Positions 48,301-57,772 of a stretch of DNA of 64,000 nt are shown here, in pieces (the stretch's first letter is position 1; the number at the start of each line of letters is the position of its first letter). The DNA lies in sequence record LC819006.1; one strand, 5' to 3'. Both the position numbers and the translations under genes were made by a program. Under the pieces are notes generated by a model. It saw only the letters and a program-made list of their open reading frames with translations, was not told where the DNA came from and ran no database searches.

Positions 48301-49444
48301 TAACTGCCCGATCAGTACCGGAAGCCTCGCGGGTTCTGTCGGGCAGTGCTTTTCCCAGCGTTTCACCGGTCGACACGGGAGCCGGAGCACCCAGAACCAT
48401 ACGACCACGCGGAGCCGAGGAAGATACAGAAGTCGAAGTCGCGCCGAGAACAGGACGTTCACGACGGACTTCATCGGCACGACCCATATCGCGTTCTTCA
48501 CGACGAGGTTCGCGGCGAACTTCTTCTTCCTTCTCACGATCCATCTCTTCCCCAGCTTCGTTGGAGTTGAGAGCAGGAATCGTGCGAGCGAGCTTTTCGA
48601 CCATGTCCTTGCTGTCGAAGATTTCCTTCCAGGTCCCGAGGTCTTCTGGGAACGTCAGGATTTCCGGCAGATCGACGATGCCCATGTAAGGCTGCGCCGT
48701 TTCCACCAGAGCGTCGACGACATTCAGAACCGAACGCACGAGCGACTCGATGAACGGAGCCGAACGCGAGTTGATGCCGACATTGAAGAATTCCGGATCT
48801 GCGAGCAGAGTCGGGAACACGAACTCGTAGAGCTTGATCAGCATCTCGCGGTTCTTGTTCGTCAACTTCACACCGTTGATCGGTTCCTTCTCCGGCTTCT
48901 TCAGGCTTTCGTAGATCGGAAACGTGACGATACCTGCACGGCCATACGTCACGCCCTTCACCACACCGCCGCGCTTGATGAAGATGTTGATGAACATGTC
49001 CGCATTGTTGCGGGACTTCGTCGACTTCTGGATCGATTCGAAATCCTTCACAAGCGATGCATCACACTTCGACAGCGCGTTCAGAACTTGCGACTGTTCG
49101 GTCGTCAGGTTCTTCTGGTTGTCCTGATCGTACGCGATCGCAATGAGCTCCTTCATCAGGTAAGCGATCGACGCATTCAGACGTTGAACGAACTGGTCAC
49201 GCAACGTGGCCACCATGTCACTGATGCCCAGGTTGAATGCTTCACGCAGCGGATGGAAGCCCACGCGAGTTTTCCAGTTTTGATTCTTCATCTGCTCCCG
49301 GGTAGGCAGAACAACCCGCTTGCCATCGATGGTGGCAGGCATCAGTTGATCGCCGAGCTTCACCGACACGTTCCCTTCTTCGTCGGCAACCATCCACCCC
49401 AGGTCCAGCAGAATCTTGTAATAATCGATGATCTTATCACGCAT
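47813..49444 (-). CDS. conserved protein (phiKZ gp70 position) with a long Arg/Asp-rich C-terminal tail
   Basis: Globular N-terminal ~370 aa; the last ~170 aa are mixed-charge R/D/E repeats. Confidence 0.7.
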   Translation of the reverse strand: MRDKIIDYYKILLDLGWMVADEEGNVSVKLGDQLMPATIDGKRVVLPTREQMKNQNWKTRVGFHPLREAFNLGISDMVATLRDQFVQRLNASIAYLMKELIAIAYDQDNQKNLTTEQSQVLNALSKCDASLVKDFESIQKSTKSRNNADMFINIFIKRGGVVKGVTYGRAGIVTFPIYESLKKPEKEPINGVKLTNKNREMLIKLYEFVFPTLLADPEFFNVGINSRSAPFIESLVRSVLNVVDALVETAQPYMGIVDLPEILTFPEDLGTWKEIFDSKDMVEKLARTIPALNSNEAGEEMDREKEEEVRREPRREERDMGRADEVRRERPVLGATSTSVSSSAPRGRMVLGAPAPVSTGETLGKALPDRTREASGTDRAVTSEREARSAADRERRELERRERELREREERLERERREEEERELRERRRERDYDDRRSRDRDYDRDDRRRDRDRRDDRDYDDRRRERTGDIFEDNPALRDALRDEERSSERYGRRRDRDYDDRDYDRNDRRRGIRDIRDRARRDRDYDDRDDRYDRRDRYYRR

Positions 49445-49457
49445 TTTTTAATTTACC

Positions 49458-50915
49458 TTAATAGCTGTAACCACGACCCGAACCACCAGCGCCCATTCCA
49501 GTTGTCGAAAGGATTTCATCGAACAGGCTATTGTAGTCACGAGCCACGTCGCGGACGTCTTGCCGACTGTTGGTCAGAATCGGAGACGTGAGAGAATTGC
49601 AGAAGCAAGGGAACACATAACGGCCATGGTTCTCGCCATCATAGAACAGCTTGAAGTCGATTTCCCCGAACACACGGCACTTCACTTGCAAACCGATCGA
49701 TACGCGATCTTCAGCGGTAATCGGGAACATCAGCTCGTCGAGCAGGCGATCTTCGAACTGGTCCACGAACCAGCTGAGGTCCACATCACGCACGAACGAC
49801 TTCGCAGTCGTCGGAATGAATTCAAACGGAGCCTCGTGAGACGCCGTCTGATTGTGAACCTGGAAGTCCAGTCGATGCAGACCGGTTTCCATCATCAGAG
49901 CCGGAACTGCAACCTGAATCAAGGCTGCGATCTTGTCCCATTCTTCGCCGCCGTTCAGATCGTTCGAATCGACGTGATACTCGGTCATTGCCTTCGATTC
50001 GTTGTCGAACAGCTTCGTTTCCGTACGACGCTCTGCTTCCGGATCGATATACAGCAGATCGCGGAACGTGAAGTTGTCGGTGGTGGTCGACAGATTGCGA
50101 GCATTCGAAATTGCACGCAGGAACACGTCGTCCGTGGCATATGCTTCTTGCACATAACCTTGAGCCGTCGCATTCACGTCGAGTACGGATCCACCAAACT
50201 CCGTGTTGTCGATTGCCTTGCGGCGCGATTCGAGAACCTTCGACATGTAACGCGAACCGATACGATTCGAGGTCGACGACTTCACCGAGTTCTTCGACAG
50301 CGTCACACGCAGATCGGTGAGGTCTTCCACGAGCTCACCAGTTTGTTCCGCGTCGAGCGACGAATAGATATCTTCCGGCCGCATCGTGTACAGCTTGTCG
50401 CTACGACGACGCAGGCCCGCATTCTCACGATCGGACAGAACATCCGCTGCGCGAGCCGGCATGAACGTACGCTGATAGCCGCCGCGGCCATCCGGGATCA
50501 TACGTTCTTCGAGCATGAACGTATTGTTGACATAGAACTCCATGTCATGATCCACGTTACGCGTGGTGAAGCCGACCGAGTTGGTATAACCCATCACGAC
50601 CTGCTTCAGTTTGTCGCCGGTACCGATCTGGATTTCCAGCGTCAGGATAAAACGACCACGCCGAGCATCCCAGCCATTCGGGACATCGATGACGCCACGA
50701 GTGTGGAACGACGGAACCATGAACTGGTTTGCGATCTGTGCCAGCATCGACGGCGTGAAGCGCCTGGACTTTTGGTAACGCTCTTCGACACTGTCGAGGA
50801 GTGTACCGCTGAAATGGGTTTCATACGGACGGAGGAACTGATCCTGAAACGTAGCCGACTCAGCGATGATCAGCTCTTCAACGAAAATCTTGATGTCTTG
50901 ACGACCTTGGCGCAT
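49458..50915 (-). CDS. probable phage-nucleus import factor PicA/Imp1 (phiKZ gp69 position)
   Basis: 485 aa directly after the gp68-position gene in the conserved Chimalliviridae block; assignment by gene order only. Confidence 0.55.
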   Translation of the reverse strand: MRQGRQDIKIFVEELIIAESATFQDQFLRPYETHFSGTLLDSVEERYQKSRRFTPSMLAQIANQFMVPSFHTRGVIDVPNGWDARRGRFILTLEIQIGTGDKLKQVVMGYTNSVGFTTRNVDHDMEFYVNNTFMLEERMIPDGRGGYQRTFMPARAADVLSDRENAGLRRRSDKLYTMRPEDIYSSLDAEQTGELVEDLTDLRVTLSKNSVKSSTSNRIGSRYMSKVLESRRKAIDNTEFGGSVLDVNATAQGYVQEAYATDDVFLRAISNARNLSTTTDNFTFRDLLYIDPEAERRTETKLFDNESKAMTEYHVDSNDLNGGEEWDKIAALIQVAVPALMMETGLHRLDFQVHNQTASHEAPFEFIPTTAKSFVRDVDLSWFVDQFEDRLLDELMFPITAEDRVSIGLQVKCRVFGEIDFKLFYDGENHGRYVFPCFCNSLTSPILTNSRQDVRDVARDYNSLFDEILSTTGMGAGGSGRGYSY

Positions 50916-50932
50916 TTCTTTAGCCCTCTATT

Positions 50933-52504
50933 TTAAAAAGTGTACAACGAAATGAACTGTTCATTCCGCCCTTGCACGTAAATGGCATAGTCTGCCAATC
51001 TGTTCCGAATGTCGTACCCCACTCGGAATGTTTTGTTTACCGCGCTGCCACGTTGGGCTGCGATTTGCTCCTCAGGCAGATTCAGGAACCACGTATGGTC
51101 AGACAGAGCCTGAGCCAATTCCATGATTTCATTCACTGCATCGTTGTTGGGCTTCACCGCCTTTTTCGTCGGATGACGACGGTAGTACGGATAAAGCTCA
51201 TTGAGTTTGTCGATTTTGTCCTTCGTGATGTGGGCACGGGACTCCTGGCTATACGAACCATATCCTTCTGCATTCATGCTGCGTGCAGTCGGGATACCGG
51301 CCAGATCCTTGAAATCGGTATTCCACAGAACGAACTGCGCAACACCAGCAAGCCGCAAGATGCTCGACTTGTTGATATCCCACAGCGCCCGCGGACTGAC
51401 GATCGGATTGACCACCCACTGAATCATGCGGATCTGGCATTCTTCGAGTACGTTGGTCGACATCGTTTCAGCCGAGTCCATTGCCCTTTCGAGTTCAGCG
51501 AGTTGCTCTTCGGACAATTCGTTTTGAAGCAGCAATCGCGCAGCGATCTCCCGATAATACTCGGTCCACTTCTCGATCGCCGTGAACTCACCCGGAGGCA
51601 CCAGGGGTTTGTTCTTATACTTCTCCGCACGAGACGAGGAGTCTTCACTCGAATCATCTTCGTTCGGATTGATCTTTTCAAGGATCGCGTTCTGATGGCT
51701 GTCGTTTTGCGAGAGCCGATTGCGAAGCGTCTTGTGGATGATCTGCACCAGATGCGTATCCGACGGATGTCGCGTGAAGCTTGCGATCACCAGGAAGCGC
51801 ACGAGAATGTTCGCTACCAGGTTCGTCTGAAACACATCGGAACCAATGCCGTCGATCGACGAACGAATGTTAATGTCGTCCTGCTTGACGTTCTTCGCCA
51901 CATAGTGGTTCAGACGCTGCATTGCCGGAGACTCTTCGATCGAAGTCTTCGAGATCGTGAAATACGTATTCAGATCCCTGAAGGTCGGCCCAGATTCCTT
52001 CTTGGTAATTTCTGCGAACTCGCCCCAGATCGGTGCGATTGAGCGCAACTTGATCACCATGAACACGAGTTCCCAATAGTCAGCGACCAGATAAGTCTGC
52101 TCGCGGCTGCCAGGTTTCTCGTGAGTGAACTTGTACTCCACATCCAGATCTTCAGGAATCCAGATGCCGCCATGATACCGAGTCCAACGCTCGAAATCTT
52201 CCGTGTCATGGATGTTGATGATCTCATTGACGATCGGACGAAGCTGAAGGATCAGTGGATTGACGTTGAACGTCTCGTTGAAGATGTTCTTTGCCTGGCG
52301 ATACAGATCGAAGATTTTGTCCTGAAGTTCGATGTCGATCCGAGCCCAGTACTTATTGATTTGCTGAAACGGTTCGTACGTTCCTTTCTTAAAAGCTTGT
52401 CCATAAACCCCACCATTGAACTCCAGGGTTTCCCCGCGGTGTTCGATGAGAATCATCCCGCTACCAGCGACGCCTGCGTGTTGGAATTTCGCTTGCATCG
52501 ACAC
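50933..52504 (-). CDS. probable non-virion RNAP promoter-specificity subunit (phiKZ gp68 position)
   Basis: 523 aa, helical; gene order. Confidence 0.6.
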   Translation of the reverse strand: MSMQAKFQHAGVAGSGMILIEHRGETLEFNGGVYGQAFKKGTYEPFQQINKYWARIDIELQDKIFDLYRQAKNIFNETFNVNPLILQLRPIVNEIINIHDTEDFERWTRYHGGIWIPEDLDVEYKFTHEKPGSREQTYLVADYWELVFMVIKLRSIAPIWGEFAEITKKESGPTFRDLNTYFTISKTSIEESPAMQRLNHYVAKNVKQDDINIRSSIDGIGSDVFQTNLVANILVRFLVIASFTRHPSDTHLVQIIHKTLRNRLSQNDSHQNAILEKINPNEDDSSEDSSSRAEKYKNKPLVPPGEFTAIEKWTEYYREIAARLLLQNELSEEQLAELERAMDSAETMSTNVLEECQIRMIQWVVNPIVSPRALWDINKSSILRLAGVAQFVLWNTDFKDLAGIPTARSMNAEGYGSYSQESRAHITKDKIDKLNELYPYYRRHPTKKAVKPNNDAVNEIMELAQALSDHTWFLNLPEEQIAAQRGSAVNKTFRVGYDIRNRLADYAIYVQGRNEQFISLYTF

Positions 52505-52537
52505 TCCTTTTTAAAATTTCTGTGCTAATACCTAGAA

Positions 52538-52547
52538 ATGATATATT
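52538..52547 (-). promoter_or_regulatory. putative early promoter core AATATATCAT
   Basis: About 35 bp upstream of the gp68-position gene. Confidence 0.55.
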
Positions 52548-52623
52548 TGTTCGTTTTGTTTAAATGAGGGTTTTCACATGGGTGGCCGAAGCCACCCATG
52601 TGTTATGTTTACGAGGTTACTGC

Positions 52624-53391
52624 TTAAAACGAGATGTCGTCGAAATCGGAACCGCCTCCGCCGAAGCCGCCACCCGATGATTCGCCATCGCTGTCGTTAC
52701 TGCCACCACCCCAGCCACCACCACCGCCGCCATTGCCACCACGGTTGTAATTGCCGCCGCCACCGTTACCGCCACCGCGGTTATAACCACCACCACCGCC
52801 ATTGCCGCCCGGCGTCTTCGGTTCCGGATGCTTGTAGGTTGCCACCGACACATGCACGACGATACGCGACACGAGGTTGTAGAACGCACGTGCTGCGAAC
52901 ACCGAGACTTCTGCTTCCGACATCGGCTGATCGGCGCGAGCCAGATGGTGCCAGTACGTCGGTGCGAACGGGAAGTAGATCTGCGGGCGACCTTGCTTCA
53001 GCAGGTCTTCGACCATGATGTACACGACGCCGCCCGGATTCTTGCCGACTTCCACGCGAGCGATGTTCGACTTCTTCTTGTCGGCGCCGACTGGTGCCTG
53101 GCAGAACGTGCTGTACTTGACCGGTTCTTTCGATTCGGTCGCCGACTTCAGCTGTTCGAGCATGATCTGCAGATCGACGATGCCGAACTTTGCCTGGATG
53201 CGGCCGAAGTTGTTGTCCTTGTCGTTGGGGTCACGGGTGTAAACCGTGATGCCGGGGTTGTCGTTGTTGGCGTAGAAGTGCAGTTCCGAGAAACCCTTTA
53301 CGCCCTTGACGGGACAAGGGGTCGAAAGCACGATGCGCTTCGAATCCAACAGATTCTTGTCGCGCGCCTTGGGTTTGAAGTCACCAGCCAT
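52624..53391 (-). CDS. protein with SSB-like architecture (Gly-rich linker, acidic tail DFDDISF); phiKZ gp67 position
   Basis: Beta-rich N-terminal domain, GGNGGGGGYNR repeats, terminal acidic-aromatic peptide. Confidence 0.62.
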   Translation of the reverse strand: MAGDFKPKARDKNLLDSKRIVLSTPCPVKGVKGFSELHFYANNDNPGITVYTRDPNDKDNNFGRIQAKFGIVDLQIMLEQLKSATESKEPVKYSTFCQAPVGADKKKSNIARVEVGKNPGGVVYIMVEDLLKQGRPQIYFPFAPTYWHHLARADQPMSEAEVSVFAARAFYNLVSRIVVHVSVATYKHPEPKTPGGNGGGGGYNRGGGNGGGGNYNRGGNGGGGGGWGGGSNDSDGESSGGGFGGGGSDFDDISF

Positions 53392-53453
53392 GGTTGCCTC
53401 TTCTGAGAAAGTTGTTAGTCGTACTCCAGATCATGAGTAGACCTGGTAAAAGA

Positions 53454-54290
53454 TTACATCATGTCCTTCACGGTGTCACGGAAGAACGGGTTTTTCAGCT
53501 GATCCAGATTCATCCGGATACGGGCGTCAGTCGTCAACGCACTCCAGCCATATTTCGTTGCAAGCTCGACGATGTCTTTACGAAGCTTCGAATCCATCGG
53601 CGAGAAGAATTCCTTTTCACCAAAGATACGTGCAAAGTACTGGGTGAAAGGAATCATCGAGAGTTCTTTACCGTTGTTGAGTTTGGTGTACCACAACGAA
53701 CGGTTCTTGATTGCTCCCGTATGCGATTCGATCAGGTCCAGTTCCTCGAAGGACTTATAGGACAACAGATCCCACGCAATGTGTGTTTGGATCAGAAAGT
53801 TTCCATCCTTCTTATCCGGAGCAATGTCAGTATCGAATCCTTTTACGTAATCCTTACCGACATCGTCCAGGAATTGCTGAATGGATGTTTCCATGCGCTT
53901 GCGTTCTTCCACCTGCTTCGGCGTGATATCCGATTTGAAGATGGAATGGTGACGATAGCGAGTGTAGATGGCTTTATAATTGCAGAGGTACAAGGTCGGA
54001 TCGATCTTGGTATCTGCAAGGACGCGTTTCACTGCTTCCCATTCGTCATGCATGAGTTCTGCAATGACGCCCGGCTTGAGCAGAATATTGATGTCAGCCG
54101 AGAAAGAGCCGACAATGTTTCGATAAAGCGTACGGGCGTTAAGCCAGTAGTGGTTGTACTTCAGGTGAGGCGACTCATCCCACTTACGCTCGGGATGGAT
54201 GTTCATCAGGCTTTCGAGGGCCAGAGAAGTCGGTACATTCACCGGAAACTGACCACGTGCCATCTTCTCAGTGAATGTGAAGACGTTCAT
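53454..54290 (-). CDS. conserved phiKZ-like protein, possibly a PIN/5'-nuclease-like fold (gp66 position)
   Basis: RGQFPVNVPTSLALE N-terminus; NARTLYRN, THIAWDLL, LIESHTG segments. Confidence 0.55.
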   Translation of the reverse strand: MNVFTFTEKMARGQFPVNVPTSLALESLMNIHPERKWDESPHLKYNHYWLNARTLYRNIVGSFSADINILLKPGVIAELMHDEWEAVKRVLADTKIDPTLYLCNYKAIYTRYRHHSIFKSDITPKQVEERKRMETSIQQFLDDVGKDYVKGFDTDIAPDKKDGNFLIQTHIAWDLLSYKSFEELDLIESHTGAIKNRSLWYTKLNNGKELSMIPFTQYFARIFGEKEFFSPMDSKLRKDIVELATKYGWSALTTDARIRMNLDQLKNPFFRDTVKDMM

Positions 54291-54808
54291 TGTGTTCTCA
54301 CAAAACTAGCCAACCATTGATGGAGCGTTTCGAGACCTTCACGAGTGATCGTGCCAGCATCGAAAGTAGGAATACGACGAATGATCTGTCCGCCCAGCAG
54401 TCGGTGACCGAAATACTTAATCGACGGATCACCGAACGGATGCTTGTCGCTGACTCCACGAGGAATCGAATTCTTCGGCCAGAAACGCGGAGCACCTTGC
54501 GGCGGCCGAGGATACTTCTTAATCAGATCACCGAGAACACCTATCTGGATGTGATCGACGATCTTTTTCTGCCATTCTGTAAAGAAGGTCGACGGCAACG
54601 ACTTCCCGACATTACTCGGTCTTTCCATCTGAACCAATTGCCATTGTCCAGTCTCGGGATTGACTTCAGTCCCAAACCGCACTTTAGCCGGATCGATGTA
54701 CTCGCCGTTCGTGGTCCATTCGACTTCGGGTTCAGGTTTGCTTTTGGGCAACGGCGCATGGCCGTTGCGTTTGAACTGATTGATATACGAAAAATTCGGA
54801 CCGCTCAT
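54287..54808 (-). CDS. Pro-rich hypothetical protein, 173 aa
   Basis: GAGGA RBS; 4-bp overlap with the downstream gene. Confidence 0.6.
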   Translation of the reverse strand: MSGPNFSYINQFKRNGHAPLPKSKPEPEVEWTTNGEYIDPAKVRFGTEVNPETGQWQLVQMERPSNVGKSLPSTFFTEWQKKIVDHIQIGVLGDLIKKYPRPPQGAPRFWPKNSIPRGVSDKHPFGDPSIKYFGHRLLGGQIIRRIPTFDAGTITREGLETLHQWLASFVRTQ

Positions 54809-54814
54809 GATTCC

Positions 54815-56011
54815 TCACATAACGGAAGCCATCAGTTCGTCAAAGTACTCACGCTCATCATCATTGTTAAGCGTAATTCCCAGACGTTCCATGATGATTG
54901 TTTTAATGTTCGACGAGTCGATAGTGAAAGGCACGTAATCAGCCTCGTCAGTAGTTTCTAACACAGTCGTCGTATCGACTTCTTCTTCATCGAGGAATTT
55001 TTTCGAGAAATGCAGGAAGGGATACATCGACTGGTATGTGTCTATCGCAGCCAGAACTGGATGTCCACGACGAGCAGCAATCCTAACATGATTGTGAGGA
55101 CGAAGAGAATCGCAGGTGTGTAAGACCTGAAGGTGCGCCTTGTCGAGATCCTCGTCAACCTCAACTGTCTTGAAATCCATCGCATGTTCATTCACCTGAA
55201 ACGTAGCAGTATACGAACCATCTCGGTTCACTGCTGCATGGACGAAGCCTTTAGGCGTTTCCATTCCATGCCGCTGACGGTCTGGAGAGCCCTGAACGAT
55301 GATGCGACCCTCTCTACGGAACTCATGATCGTGTCCAATAAAGATCAGGTAGCGAACGATGTTTAGGTAAGCTTCCGAGCTATGGAACCGTGAGTGTCTA
55401 CCCACAGGAACCTGAAATTCGAAAAAGCCATGCATGATTCCGAAGTCCACTTTCTCAAGTGCTCGTGCTTCCATCATGTCCATGACTTGTCGGTACGTAA
55501 CTTCGTCCGACGTATTCTTTTCATCGGGAATACAGAGAAGATGAATGTCATACTTCTCAATGTACTCGATCGATACTTCCTTCACATAACGCAGTTCGCA
55601 CTTGTCTTCAGGTTCAGCCGCATCATTGATGGCGACGAACAAGTGAGATTGCAGTCGGTCATGTGAGGGGGTGCCTTCCAGCACTACGACCGTGGTATCC
55701 GTCCTCGCACAACGAGCGAGCAAGCGACGGATCCACGATACGATAGATGGAACATCCCGATGGTTAACCGGGAGACCTCGATCGAAGACATCACCGACGA
55801 TAAAGAGAATGTTGATTCCCTTCAAGAAGTCATACGTCAACATTGAATCGAGGCCCTTGACCATGAACTCGGCCGGATTAGACGGGCACCCCAGATGAAT
55901 ATCCGAGATGCTCGCAACCTTAATCTGTGTCCAGTTCGTAGTCGCCGACGTCTGCAGTGTTTGCACTGCTGCTTCCACCGAGGTCGACAGCTTTGTCTTT
56001 GTTGGGGTCAT
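54815..56011 (-). CDS. sbcD: SbcD/Mre11-family metallophosphoesterase nuclease
   Basis: ISDIHLG, VGDVFD, EGTPSHD, MHGFF, GHDH motifs. Confidence 0.85.
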   Translation of the reverse strand: MTPTKTKLSTSVEAAVQTLQTSATTNWTQIKVASISDIHLGCPSNPAEFMVKGLDSMLTYDFLKGINILFIVGDVFDRGLPVNHRDVPSIVSWIRRLLARCARTDTTVVVLEGTPSHDRLQSHLFVAINDAAEPEDKCELRYVKEVSIEYIEKYDIHLLCIPDEKNTSDEVTYRQVMDMMEARALEKVDFGIMHGFFEFQVPVGRHSRFHSSEAYLNIVRYLIFIGHDHEFRREGRIIVQGSPDRQRHGMETPKGFVHAAVNRDGSYTATFQVNEHAMDFKTVEVDEDLDKAHLQVLHTCDSLRPHNHVRIAARRGHPVLAAIDTYQSMYPFLHFSKKFLDEEEVDTTTVLETTDEADYVPFTIDSSNIKTIIMERLGITLNNDDEREYFDELMASVM

Positions 56012-56636
56012 TTTCGAGGAGATTCCCGAGATTCAGGATCTTGTCGTGCTTGCCGTAGCGTTCGAAGATCGCATTCCAGATACGCATGTTCGCGTAGACT
56101 TGTTCAGTCGGCTTGTCCTTGATGTGCAGACCCGAAAGTTTCTTATTCAGGAACTGCTGCGAAGCTGCCGCATCGAATTCCTTCAGACGCGAATAATGCC
56201 GCTCGATCAGCGTCATCGATTCGCCGCCCGGCTTCGACTGTTCGAGGATCGACGTATCGAAGAGTGGCGGAACCGTGAAGAGGATCTTGCCGTTTTCATC
56301 GACGATGTCGACCGAAACCTTTTCACCACCAGCAACCTTTTCGAGCCAGGTGCGGTAGTTCACTTCCGCGGTCGGCTGGACTTCGCCAGCGAAGAGCGGC
56401 AGGAAGTGTTCGACGAAGAGCGTTTCCGGGAACTGCGAGTTCTGCTCGATTTGCGTGAGCGAGTTCGAAATGCCGCGGATGTCGATACCGATGCCCATCC
56501 GGCGTTGTTGCTGGAAGTTCGCAAAGACCTTCATCGCTTCTTGCTGGCGCGGATGAGGCTGAGCAACATCGGTTTGAGGTTCCGGCACACGGGAAGTCGT
56601 GCCATCCAGTTTGTTGTCGAGTTCGCGTTGGTTCAT
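55920..56636 (-). CDS. conserved phiKZ-like protein
   Basis: 238 aa; coupled to the upstream gene; overlaps the sbcD ORF 5' end. Confidence 0.6.
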   Translation of the reverse strand: MNQRELDNKLDGTTSRVPEPQTDVAQPHPRQQEAMKVFANFQQQRRMGIGIDIRGISNSLTQIEQNSQFPETLFVEHFLPLFAGEVQPTAEVNYRTWLEKVAGGEKVSVDIVDENGKILFTVPPLFDTSILEQSKPGGESMTLIERHYSRLKEFDAAASQQFLNKKLSGLHIKDKPTEQVYANMRIWNAIFERYGKHDKILNLGNLLENDPNKDKAVDLGGSSSANTADVGDYELDTD

Positions 56637-57049
56637 GTCGGGCTTCCTGTTGCATCGACGTTATAGATGCGCTGGACTTGAGTGCCCAGCAGGTCAATAG
56701 CTCGTGACAGATCGTGGCGAATACCCTGATCGTCGACGAAGCTACATCCTATCGTAATCGTCAATGAAGTATTATCGTTCGGATCAGTTTGAGCAACATT
56801 GCAATCCATCTGCACGTTGGTAAACTGGGTGGAGAAATACGTGTTCAGATACGCATTCAGATTGGACGTAAGCTCGCCATCCGAAGTCGAATCTGCTATC
56901 AGTGACTGATACGACGTCACGTTCAGCTTGTCTTTATAGAACTGCGTCTGGCTCTTCTGTGTCGTAAAGAAGTGTGCCAGCATGTAGTCTGCTTTTTCGA
57001 GCGGGTTCGACACGAAACCACTCGGGGAATAAGTCGGAAGCAAAGCCAT
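56633..57049 (-). CDS. conserved phiKZ-like small protein, possibly a gp25-like fold
   Basis: LPTYSPSGFV...KADYMLAHFF...SQTQFY pattern; gene order. Confidence 0.55.
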   Translation of the reverse strand: MALLPTYSPSGFVSNPLEKADYMLAHFFTTQKSQTQFYKDKLNVTSYQSLIADSTSDGELTSNLNAYLNTYFSTQFTNVQMDCNVAQTDPNDNTSLTITIGCSFVDDQGIRHDLSRAIDLLGTQVQRIYNVDATGSPT

Positions 57050-57112
57050 TTTCAGATCCCGAAAACAAAAAAAAAATATGGTCAGGGATTTCCCCTGACC
57101 ATACTCCGAACA

Positions 57113-57772
57113 TTACATGTTCTCGTTCAACACCGAAGTCGGATCTTTCTTCTTCGCCGCATAATGCGCTTCAAGCACATCCCACGTCGAGATGATGTCG
57201 CCCTGTTCGATTACGTCGAGATCCCGTTCATCAACGGAATCGTTCATATCCGAATAGAGGACAAATGCGTCCTCGCCTTCACCGAGGCGATTGAAGTCAT
57301 TCTTGATGCCGTGACGATCTTCCGTCCAGATGACACCATCAATGACACGCATGAAGTCCGGATCATCGAACCCACGTCGTTCGGGATAGCGATTGCGATA
57401 ACTGTCCGAATACCCATCGATTGCCTGCTGTTCATGCAGGATTCTCGACATGATATTAGCCATGAGATAGCGTTGCATCACAGGCTTTGCGTTCTGGATG
57501 GATTCGATCGTCGACAACGGACGGATCACATCTTTACGCATCGGGTCAGCAGTCTGACGAACACGTGCTCGAATACGACGCAGTGCTCGCTCGCCATTAT
57601 ACCGATCAAACGCTTCACGCGAATCCTCAAAGAACCCATTGAAGAGTTCACTGATTCTCGGCGCATAGCGTTCGACACGATCTCTCAGATAACTGAGAGT
57701 TCCCTGATGGGGTTCTCCAAACAATTCGGCGTCGATATCCTCTTCACTGATATAACCGCCTCTGATTCCCAT
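57113..57772 (-). CDS. conserved Chimalliviridae protein (phiKZ gp59/Imp3 position)
   Basis: Directly after the nvRNAP beta' gene (1-bp overlap); assignment by gene order. Confidence 0.55.
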   Translation of the reverse strand: MGIRGGYISEEDIDAELFGEPHQGTLSYLRDRVERYAPRISELFNGFFEDSREAFDRYNGERALRRIRARVRQTADPMRKDVIRPLSTIESIQNAKPVMQRYLMANIMSRILHEQQAIDGYSDSYRNRYPERRGFDDPDFMRVIDGVIWTEDRHGIKNDFNRLGEGEDAFVLYSDMNDSVDERDLDVIEQGDIISTWDVLEAHYAAKKKDPTSVLNENM

